A stretch of DNA of 10,919 nucleotides from UHGV virus genome UHGV-0088977. One strand, written 5' to 3'. Each line of letters starts with the position of its first letter. Position 1 is the first letter of the stretch. Positions 1-6,186 of this stretch are shown here, one piece after another. This stretch comes from a virus. The position numbers and the translations under genes were made by a program. The notes below the pieces were generated by a model that saw nothing but the letters and a program-made list of their open reading frames with translations, did not search any database and was not told the DNA's origin.

Positions 1-50
1 AGTCATCGGGCATTATCTGAACATAAAACACTATCAATAAGTTAGAGTCA

Positions 51-599
51 TTACCGGAGGGGTAAATTATGATTTTGCTTTTCTTCATCATAATTTTTAA
101 TTTCCATCGATAACAAGAAGCTGGGGTTGTTATTTATTTTTTGGGATATTTCTGTAAGGTTAGACCAACAGTTTGTTTCGGATTTTATTATCTTTTCGCA
201 AATAGATGCAAGCGTAGGGTAATCTTCTACGTCTAATGGTCGAATATGCATAACTCTGTTTCTTATTAGAACGAGAGAGTCCAAATCTTTGGTAATGGAT
301 TTTATGAATTTATATATGTGATCGGGAATTTCCTTTCCATTGGAATTTATGATTTGGTAAGTATCTCCAAGGTCAAAATATTCTATTAAATCAATTGATT
401 CTATACCATCCATCACAGTGCCGAGGTCTTTTTCTAGTCTTCTTTTAGCTTTTTCTAAAAGTTCGTTTGGTAGTTTTATTTCTTTATCTTCTGGCTTCAA
501 GATGTAACTTACAACTATTGAACGGAGGTCTTCCTCTAAAGCGCAAAGAAGAGCATAAACTGTCATACGGGTAAGGTTAAATGCCATGAAACTCTCCAT
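51..599 (-). CDS. Hypothetical cargo protein, 182 aa (178 aa if started at the second ATG, 587), with a HEPN-like R-N-x3-H motif (LIRNRVMH); candidate RNase-type abortive-infection/toxin effector
   Basis: Long ORF in very AT-rich DNA, where chance ORFs of this length are unlikely; motif RNRVMH near residues 113-118 fits the HEPN Rx4-6H signature with the typical polar residue after Arg; GGAGAG Shine-Dalgarno lies upstream of the second ATG (MAFNL); sits immediately distal to the integrase. Confidence 0.55.
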   Translation of the reverse strand: MESFMAFNLTRMTVYALLCALEEDLRSIVVSYILKPEDKEIKLPNELLEKAKRRLEKDLGTVMDGIESIDLIEYFDLGDTYQIINSNGKEIPDHIYKFIKSITKDLDSLVLIRNRVMHIRPLDVEDYPTLASICEKIIKSETNCWSNLTEISQKINNNPSFLLSMEIKNYDEEKQNHNLPLR

Positions 600-630
600 G
601 AGGTTGTGGTTTTTTTGTTAAGGAGGCATT

Positions 631-732
631 ATGGCATATAACAAATTATTTACGAGAGTCGATGAAATAAAATGTGATAAAAGTACGATACTAGGCTTTC
701 ACCAAGGGAATGGTTTACTGATGAAACAGTAA
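631..732 (+). CDS. Possible small ORF (33 aa, MAYNKLFTRVDEIKCDKSTILGFHQGNGLLMKQ) divergent from the cargo gene
   Basis: Consensus Shine-Dalgarno TAAGGAGG at 619-626, 4 nt before the ATG at 631; in-frame TAA at 730-732. Too short to judge by composition, and the SD could instead belong to the upstream region of the minus-strand gene. Confidence 0.2.
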   Translation: MAYNKLFTRVDEIKCDKSTILGFHQGNGLLMKQ

Positions 733-905
733 ATCTATAAAAATATTGTTTTTATACTCTACATTGATTCGGCATTAACTCTGCAATTTGTGGGGTAATT
801 AATGTCAATTATGAAAAAAACATCCAATCATTATACTAAGTAGACTTATTAATTACATTGTGTGCTTTTTACATGCGTAACTAATATTTGCTCATTCCCA
901 CAATT

Positions 906-2033
906 TTAACATGTTATCTTCATCCAGTTTTTCCCACGATCATCATCATAACGATCAGTTTGCTGTTGTGTTTTATGCCCAAGTAGCTTCCTAGTATCTA
1001 TCCCTTGTTCTTTGTACAGGCGTTCAGATAAAGACCTTTGCTCATGGAATGTGGCAGGTGAGCCATCCCCCCAGTCAATCCCTGCTAAATCCCGTGCTTT
1101 ACTAAAATTCATCGTCAATGTATTGGATTTAACCTGTGCACCACGTTTTGCCTGTGAGGTTGAACGGAAAAAATGCACTAAGTATGGACTGACTGCATAA
1201 TCACGGCAGCGGACTACTACATCGCGTAAACTCCAGCTAATCGCGTTGAGACGAAGGGAAAGCGGGATTGCGATTTTGCTCCCGGTCTTTTCCTGAATAA
1301 CATGGAGATGATCATCCCAAATATCACTAAATTTCATACGCGAGATATCACCTAACCTCTGGCCAGTAACCAGTGCTAACAGCATGGCATTCCCCATATA
1401 ACGATGACTGGCATCTGCGATATCAAAAATTTTTTGCCATTCTTCAAGACTTAACCGTTGTCGGGTAATTTTTCTTCTGGGTTGCTTCGTTGCAAGAGCA
1501 GGGTTATACCCTGGTGGAACTTCGCCGTAATGCTGTGCTTCTTTAAACACATCGATCAATACAGACCTTACGACCTGGGCCATTCTAGGCTGTCCAGCAG
1601 AGATATACTCATCAAGTAATTGTGCTATATCTCTGACATCAACGGCTGATATCAACTTCAGTCCTGCTCGTTCCCTGAGCAAGGATACTGGTTTGGCTTT
1701 CTGTTTATAAGTGTTGAGCTTTATATCGCCACTTTTCAGTCTGTCTTCCTGGATTGCTTGATAGCGATCTAACCAGGTTGACGTTGTGATTGCTTTTCCT
1801 TTGCTGGTTGCGATCCTGTCACTGATAGCTAGAATCTGGCGGGTTCTTTGCTCAGCTAGGCGTGTATTGGCCTCAGTGGCAATAGCAATGGCTTCAGCTT
1901 CGTTTGTGCCCAAAGAATGAAACTTCCCGGTCACTGGATGCTTATATCGCCAATAAACTTTATTTACTTTTCTGCTATAGAGCGGATACAAGTTCGGGAC
2001 TGAAACATTATTCTTACGTGGTCTGGCTGCCAT
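906..2033 (-). CDS. intE: Lambda-family tyrosine recombinase / phage integrase (375 aa), e14 IntE-like
   Basis: Translation aligns by eye to lambda Int: N-terminal arm-binding region (PNLY...), catalytic region LVTGQRLGDI (Arg), HEQRSLSERLY (His/Arg) and LLGHKTQQQTDRYDDDRG (Tyr nucleophile); 20-nt overlap with the upstream excisionase ORF. The intE symbol is from memory of e14 and is not verified. Confidence 0.93.
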   Translation of the reverse strand: MAARPRKNNVSVPNLYPLYSRKVNKVYWRYKHPVTGKFHSLGTNEAEAIAIATEANTRLAEQRTRQILAISDRIATSKGKAITTSTWLDRYQAIQEDRLKSGDIKLNTYKQKAKPVSLLRERAGLKLISAVDVRDIAQLLDEYISAGQPRMAQVVRSVLIDVFKEAQHYGEVPPGYNPALATKQPRRKITRQRLSLEEWQKIFDIADASHRYMGNAMLLALVTGQRLGDISRMKFSDIWDDHLHVIQEKTGSKIAIPLSLRLNAISWSLRDVVVRCRDYAVSPYLVHFFRSTSQAKRGAQVKSNTLTMNFSKARDLAGIDWGDGSPATFHEQRSLSERLYKEQGIDTRKLLGHKTQQQTDRYDDDRGKNWMKITC

Positions 2034-2259
2034 TACTTAAAATCCTTTGTAGAATAATAGAATCACTTTTCTTAATGACAGGAGTAACTAATTCTCCAAC
2101 TAACTCTGCGTCCTCACGTACTCGCCATAGTCGACCTTGTTTCATTGCCGGTGGACAAAATAAATTCTGCTTAGCATAACGACGCAATGTGGACACACTT
2201 GGAGGGTTACTCCTAAATTTTTCCGCAGCCCATTCCTCAAGTGTCAGCATTTGAAGCAT
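2014..2259 (-). CDS. xisE: Excisionase (lambda Xis-like, 81 aa)
   Basis: MLTLEEWAAEKF...PSVSTLRRYAK...FCPPAMKQGRLW resembles lambda Xis (YLTLQEWNARQ...SLETVRRWVRE...FPPPVKDGRE); GAGG Shine-Dalgarno 8 nt before the ATG at 2259; overlaps the int start, as is typical for xis-int. Confidence 0.85.
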   Translation of the reverse strand: MLQMLTLEEWAAEKFRSNPPSVSTLRRYAKQNLFCPPAMKQGRLWRVREDAELVGELVTPVIKKSDSIILQRILSNGSQTT

Positions 2260-2313
2260 TTTGATAACCTCATTTCTTTTGCTACAAAACTATTTCACTA
2301 GTTAATTTCGCAG

Positions 2314-2850
2314 TTAGGATTGCTTATGCATCTTATGCAGCTCTTTAAAACGTTCCATAAACATCCCGTAGGCATGGCCCGGTGCCAGTGGAATCACGTT
2401 GAACATCTCTGTTGCCTGGATACCTTCCAGTACAGGCCAGAAAGAGCCATCATCAAGCCCGAGATCGCGGCGTTCGGTTGCCAGCATGATGAGATCGGCA
2501 TATTTCACAGGCGTGCTCATAACCGGGGGTAACCCGTATTTCTCACGGATTATGGTGTCTATTTTTTCTTCCATCCGTTTATAGTCAGGAAGAAGGCGTT
2601 TCAGTGGTGCGGGGATGTCCTGGCAATACGCTTCTGTTGCATCATGCATTAACGCTTCAAAAGCAAATTCCTGCGGTACCAGCTGGCTGCAAAGCACCGC
2701 ATGTTGGGCGACGCTGTAGAAGTGCGAAAGATGACCGGCAAAGCGACAGATATTTGAAAGGGAAACCGCGATATCGTTAATATCGATGTCGTCTTTATTT
2801 ATCCTGTCATAATAAAAATGCTTCCCAGAAAAAGTTTTAATAAATGACAT
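2314..2850 (-). CDS. yfdR: HD-domain phosphohydrolase, YfdR-like (putative 5'-deoxynucleotidase), 178 aa from the internal ATG
   Basis: H...HD signature (FAGHLSHFYSVAQHA and ALMHDATEAY); GAGGAG Shine-Dalgarno 6 nt upstream of the ATG at 2850, which gives the 178-aa product MSFIKTF..., whereas the track ORF extends to 2913 without an SD. Name is from memory of the CPS-53 yfdR gene. Confidence 0.8.
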   Translation of the reverse strand: MSFIKTFSGKHFYYDRINKDDIDINDIAVSLSNICRFAGHLSHFYSVAQHAVLCSQLVPQEFAFEALMHDATEAYCQDIPAPLKRLLPDYKRMEEKIDTIIREKYGLPPVMSTPVKYADLIMLATERRDLGLDDGSFWPVLEGIQATEMFNVIPLAPGHAYGMFMERFKELHKMHKQS

Positions 2851-2944
2851 TTTGTTCTCCTCGTTATATGCGCTGCACCGCGCTGAATTTGGGTTAAAGA
2901 AAACCCTCGCCATCAGGCGATTATTGAGTCAATTACGTTTCCAT

Positions 2945-2966
2945 AAATGCCCCCGCAGGGGCATTT
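2945..2966. repeat. Perfect inverted repeat AAATGCCCC-CGCA-GGGGCATTT (9-bp arms, 4-nt loop) between the yfdQ-like and yfdR-like genes
   Basis: Read directly from the sequence; no U-tract follows on either strand, so it is not a classic intrinsic terminator. Could be an mRNA-processing or stabilising hairpin, or a protein-binding site. Confidence 0.6.
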
Positions 2967-2978
2967 GCAGTAATGAAA

Positions 2979-3803
2979 TCAGGCGGTGAAAGTACCAATA
3001 AAGGTTTCTACTTTGCTGTCCTTGAATTTCTCAACAAGCAGATCACGAAATTCGTTAGCCATTTCTTCCTGCACTGCTTCCAGCTGAATAATGCGCAGAA
3101 CCAGTACAGGACGATCGCCAGTGATAATGCTGAGGCGTAATTTAAATGGACGTTCTTTCAGGCCTTCAAACGGAACGCATTTAAATTCAAATGCCACTGG
3201 CATAATGTCTTTGGTCTTCGCTTCGACAGACTCCATCAGGGAGCGTTTGCCGCTGAAGTCATTATCTTCAAAATCAGCGGTCTGGTTTGCTTCAATCGTG
3301 ATTTTACGGACAGCCGCAGCCGCTTTTGTTGCCTGAATAGCGTCACCATTAGCATCAAAGCCCACAAGGTAGTCGGCCCAGTCTTCAATCCATTCTGCCA
3401 GTGACTTCTGGGAATTACGCTCGCCATTAACAGACAACAGAGCAGAGAACGGTGCTGTCTTTTTCAGTTTGAGAGTGGCGGTGTTATCGGCGTGACCTGG
3501 TTCATCAATAGTACCCAGGTTAAGAACACTGACGGCACGCATATTATCAGCATCGATAAAGCAGCGGGTGCCTTCATCTGCAAGATCTTTAGAATAACAG
3601 GTAAAGTCATCGATGCTGGCAGTGGAAAGCGCACCACGGAAACGGAAGCGATTTAAATTAAATTTTTCCAGATCATGAATGCGAAAATTCTCAGGTAATG
3701 CCACTGCGTCGGCACCAATCTTACTGATAATTTCATTAACACCCTGAGCAGAAATAAGGGCATGGATTTGATTAATTGCGGTTGCGTCTAAGTTCTGAGA
3801 CAT
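2979..3803 (-). CDS. yfdQ: YfdQ-like protein (DUF2303 family), 274 aa
   Basis: Full-length ORF with a GAGGA Shine-Dalgarno 7 nt upstream of the ATG at 3803; size and sequence match my recollection of E. coli CPS-53 YfdQ; same strand and tight spacing with the yfdP-like and yfdR-like genes. Confidence 0.8.
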   Translation of the reverse strand: MSQNLDATAINQIHALISAQGVNEIISKIGADAVALPENFRIHDLEKFNLNRFRFRGALSTASIDDFTCYSKDLADEGTRCFIDADNMRAVSVLNLGTIDEPGHADNTATLKLKKTAPFSALLSVNGERNSQKSLAEWIEDWADYLVGFDANGDAIQATKAAAAVRKITIEANQTADFEDNDFSGKRSLMESVEAKTKDIMPVAFEFKCVPFEGLKERPFKLRLSIITGDRPVLVLRIIQLEAVQEEMANEFRDLLVEKFKDSKVETFIGTFTA

Positions 3804-3868
3804 AATAAGTCCTCACTATATAAAGATATTCAGTGATGAGGTAAATAATTAGTTTATTAAGAACGATA

Positions 3869-4231
3869 TTAACGACCTGCTGCGCGGAGTTTTCCGTCAG
3901 GTTCACCGGCAAGAGTCAGTAATTGTCCCTGGTCTTCCTGCAGAATAGTCAGGCGACCACCGCGATTGACATACATCGGCGTTTCGGTGGTGTCTTCTTC
4001 GGAAATTTTCCCGCGGTTAGTTGGGCGAACATATGAGAGTTTGTGTTTGATTTTCACACGGTTCTCATCAAACGGTTCGATTTCCAGATTGAGTGAGACC
4101 TTCCCTTTGGTTTTCGTGTTCATCACACCGGAAGCGACTTCACTGAGAACTGCGCCGATTTTGGTTTCAAATACGCCGCCGTCCAGCTCCCCGATAAATG
4201 CCTGCACATCAGTACTGCGTTCGCTAGCCAT
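3869..4231 (-). CDS. yfdP: YfdP-like small protein (about 120 aa; MASERSTDVQAFIGELDGG...)
   Basis: The track ORF runs to 4549, but a strong GAGGAG Shine-Dalgarno sits 8 nt upstream of the ATG at 4231, and the upstream extension crosses the GC-rich island with non-protein-like composition. The resulting 120-aa product matches the yfdP size I recall. Confidence 0.7.
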   Translation of the reverse strand: MASERSTDVQAFIGELDGGVFETKIGAVLSEVASGVMNTKTKGKVSLNLEIEPFDENRVKIKHKLSYVRPTNRGKISEEDTTETPMYVNRGGRLTILQEDQGQLLTLAGEPDGKLRAAGR

Positions 4232-4699
4232 TTTGCTGCTCCTCATCATATCGACCCTGCAAGGCCGATTAGTTTCTCCACAAAACAGAGAAGAACACCT
4301 GCGGTGGCAGCCGCCCGGATGGATTGGGTTATGAGCCCGTCGTCCGGTGATGCTCTTCTCTGTTTTGTAAAAAGGACGGTACCAGCCGGAAGCAAGAGTA
4401 CAAACTGGTACCGCCAAGACTACACACAGCATAAAGTTGTGGTGCCGGGTGCCTCCCGGTGCCTGGCGAAGGTTGCACACCAGGCGGGTGGGTATCCACA
4501 GAAGGTCGACTGTCAGCCTCAACCTTAACCCGCGTGCGCTGAGCCGCATTCACCACAACGCTAAGGATTCTCTCTGGTTGAAAATACTTAGCTGTTATGT
4601 GCCTGCTTTTAGCCACATCAGGCGAGGTGGACCTGGTTATTCCCCAACAACAAGGATTCGGTTAATCTGGTTATCCCCAACAACGCAAAAGGAAAAGAA
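4232..4699. promoter_or_regulatory. GC-rich structured non-coding island between the yfdP-like gene and the divergent 144-aa gene; probable divergent promoter and 5'-UTR region, possible ncRNA
   Basis: No convincing coding frame (the overlapping ORFs translate to P/G/S/R-rich low-complexity peptides); imperfect 17-bp inverted repeat 4281-4297/4351-4367 with a perfect 14-bp core; hairpin CCGGG-TGCCT-CCCGG near 4446-4460; GGTGCC direct repeat; CCTGG...CCAGG stem near 4462-4483. Confidence 0.4.
4633..4684 (+). repeat. Tandem direct repeat CTGGTTAT(T)CCCCAACAAC (copies at 4633-4651 and 4667-4684, 34-bp period), with a degenerate third copy at 4551-4580
   Basis: Seen directly; the second copy ends 15 nt before the ATG of the 144-aa gene and abuts its Shine-Dalgarno (AAAAGGA, 4687-4693). 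Confidence 0.6.
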
Positions 4700-5134
4700 A
4701 TGTCCGGTAATATCTATACGCTGTACAAATCCCACTGTGAAAATGTTGGAAAGTATCGGGGCATTGAAATCAGTGGGGTAGTGTCATCAGTCGAAATAAG
4801 CAAAGTTGAATCAAGGGCAACATTACTTACTCTTCTGGACCTTGTCTTACATGAGCACCGGAAGAAATTCGGCACTCCCTATAATCAGTTGAATGGGAAA
4901 AAAGCTCTGGTTCACCTTATTCTGATGAAGCATCACTGGATGCCAAAACAGATTAATGAGATGAAATTTGATGAACTTCTTCTTTCAATTCAGGATGAAC
5001 TCACGCTTGATAAAATAAGCGTAACCGCCCAGAAATTTTTAGATTATCGAGACTGGAGATCACAAATTCATCACTTTGATGATTTTGACGAAAATGAATG
5101 GGATCCTAATTTGTCTGCACAATATCTAAAGTAA
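4700..5134 (+). CDS. Hypothetical protein, 144 aa, AT-rich orphan (moron-like) gene of unknown function
   Basis: Uninterrupted 144-codon ORF in AT-rich DNA; Shine-Dalgarno AAGGA 6 nt upstream of the ATG; opposite orientation to the flanking leftward operon; plus-strand intrinsic terminator downstream at 5372-5397. No recognisable motif by eye. Confidence 0.7.
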   Translation: MSGNIYTLYKSHCENVGKYRGIEISGVVSSVEISKVESRATLLTLLDLVLHEHRKKFGTPYNQLNGKKALVHLILMKHHWMPKQINEMKFDELLLSIQDELTLDKISVTAQKFLDYRDWRSQIHHFDDFDENEWDPNLSAQYLK

Positions 5135-5312
5135 CATCCTGTGATAAAACCGTGATTTCCTGATCCAGTTTTTTTAAGGAGTCTATTGTTTCCTGTCGAT
5201 AAGACAGCACTTCACGAAGCTGGTTTATAGCTGCCAGCTTCTTTGCCATCCACTCGTAAATTTCCTCATTTGTGTATCCGGGTGCGACGATTTTTGGTTC
5301 TGTTTTGTGCAT
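5106..5312 (-). CDS. Hypothetical small protein, 68 aa (MHKTEPKIVAPGYTNEEIYEWMAKK...), hydrophilic and probably helical
   Basis: GAGGAGG Shine-Dalgarno 6 nt upstream of the ATG at 5312; the track's start at 5327 is a TTG that forms part of this SD; the 3' end overlaps the 3' end of the 144-aa gene by 29 nt in convergent orientation. Confidence 0.55.
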   Translation of the reverse strand: MHKTEPKIVAPGYTNEEIYEWMAKKLAAINQLREVLSYRQETIDSLKKLDQEITVLSQDVTLDIVQTN

Positions 5313-5371
5313 TTCACACCTCCTCAAGTTATCAGTTACTTGTTGATGGGGACCAGATTGTTAAAGAGCTA

Positions 5372-5397
5372 AGCGTCCTGTAGGGCGCTTTTTTGTT
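5372..5397 (+). terminator. Rho-independent terminator (stem AGCGTCC/GGGCGCT, loop TGTA, then a T-tract)
   Basis: 7-bp stem including one G-U pair, followed by TTTTT on the plus strand; the complementary strand would carry a C-A mismatch and a poor U-tract, so it is probably plus-strand specific. Confidence 0.6.
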
Positions 5398-5559
5398 GCT
5401 AACGAATCATCCTGGACTTCATATGCCCCAGGCGGCTACTTCGTGGGCGTCCTGCCTGTTCGTTATCTTTGATATAAAATCTAACTTAACTTAGTTATTA
5501 TGGCAAGAGAAAACACCAAACTTTTCTTAGTTCGGTGCCTTAGTTAGAGAAGAGAGGTC

Positions 5560-6186
5560 TTAGAGTTCGTATTGAACTCCTTTGACTACACCAATGATAA
5601 GGCAATTACCATTGATAGGGATGTTGGGATACCGAGGATTTAATGGCACTAAAAACTTTTGAGGGCCATCGATGACTAATTTTTTTACTGTAGCTTCGTT
5701 TGTTCCATCAAGTCGAGCGATGACTATTTTTCCATGACGAGGTTCTGCATCTGGATCTACAATCACTGTTGCGCCTTCTGGTATTGTTGGGAGGCCATTA
5801 GGGTTAGTCATGGAGTCACCTTTAACCTCTAATGCAAATGAGTTATCACCAATCTTTAATGATGTATCTACCCACTTGTCCACTTCACTAAACACTTCTG
5901 CTGCCCTGCACTCAGTAAACTGCCCAGCCTGAACCCACGATATTACAGGAACTCTGCGCATGTTTGTGACGAGTTTGCCTTCAAACTCAGCACCATAAAG
6001 AATGTAATCTATTGACGTATTGAAGAACTTCGCTAATTTCGAAAGTGCCTCCCCACCAGGGGTATTGATGTCTTTCTCCCAGTACCCCACAGCAACGTCG
6101 CTTACTCCACAAAATTTACCCAATTCTTTCTGGGACGTTCCGGTAACTCTTCTCAGAGCTTTTATACGCTGACCAACCGTTTCCAT
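5560..6186 (-). CDS. CI-like prophage repressor, XRE-type HTH fused to an S24 (LexA-like) autopeptidase domain, 208 aa
   Basis: N-terminal HTH (QKELGKFCGVSDVAVGYWEKD); C-terminal GDSM serine motif and VKKL lysine motif as in LexA/lambda CI; divergent from a Cro-like gene. Resembles e14 CohE by position, not verified. Confidence 0.9.
   Translation of the reverse strand: METVGQRIKALRRVTGTSQKELGKFCGVSDVAVGYWEKDINTPGGEALSKLAKFFNTSIDYILYGAEFEGKLVTNMRRVPVISWVQAGQFTECRAAEVFSEVDKWVDTSLKIGDNSFALEVKGDSMTNPNGLPTIPEGATVIVDPDAEPRHGKIVIARLDGTNEATVKKLVIDGPQKFLVPLNPRYPNIPINGNCLIIGVVKGVQYEL

Noticed and set aside
2314-2913. Full 199-aa version of the HD-domain ORF starting at 2913
   Set aside because: The ATG at 2913 has no Shine-Dalgarno; the internal ATG at 2850 is preceded by GAGGAG and gives the 178-aa length I recall for YfdR.
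1012-4334. Antisense ORFs within the int, xis, yfdR-like, yfdQ-like and yfdP-like genes (1012..1200, 1904..2179, 2320..2532, 2399..2584, 3091..3336, 3236..3427, 3966..4334)
   Set aside because: Each is embedded opposite a gene with clear homology-type signals or a strong Shine-Dalgarno; none has independent support.
3869-4549. Full 226-aa version of the yfdP-like ORF
   Set aside because: The N-terminal 106 residues come from the GC-rich island and are non-protein-like; a strong GAGGAG Shine-Dalgarno precedes the internal ATG at 4231, so the shorter product is favoured.
4551-4701. Type III toxin-antitoxin (ToxI-like RNA repeats plus ToxN-like toxin) or retron msr/msd interpretation of the repeats before the 144-aa gene
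   Set aside because: Only two good repeat copies plus one degenerate copy, rather than a regular array; the downstream protein is shorter than typical ToxN/AbiQ and shows no similarity I can recognise; no reverse transcriptase gene is present. Not fully excluded without a profile search.
4304-4781. Track ORFs 4304..4528 (+), 4329..4616 (-) and 4437..4781 (+) inside the GC-rich island
   Set aside because: Translations are P/G/S/R-rich and low-complexity, with no Shine-Dalgarno; they overlap one another and the start of the 144-aa gene. They look like chance frames in GC-rich non-coding DNA.
5106-5327. TTG start at 5327 for the small minus-strand ORF (73 aa)
   Set aside because: That TTG is the first three bases of the TTGAGGAGG ribosome-binding sequence; the ATG 6 nt downstream of the SD (5312) is the likelier start.
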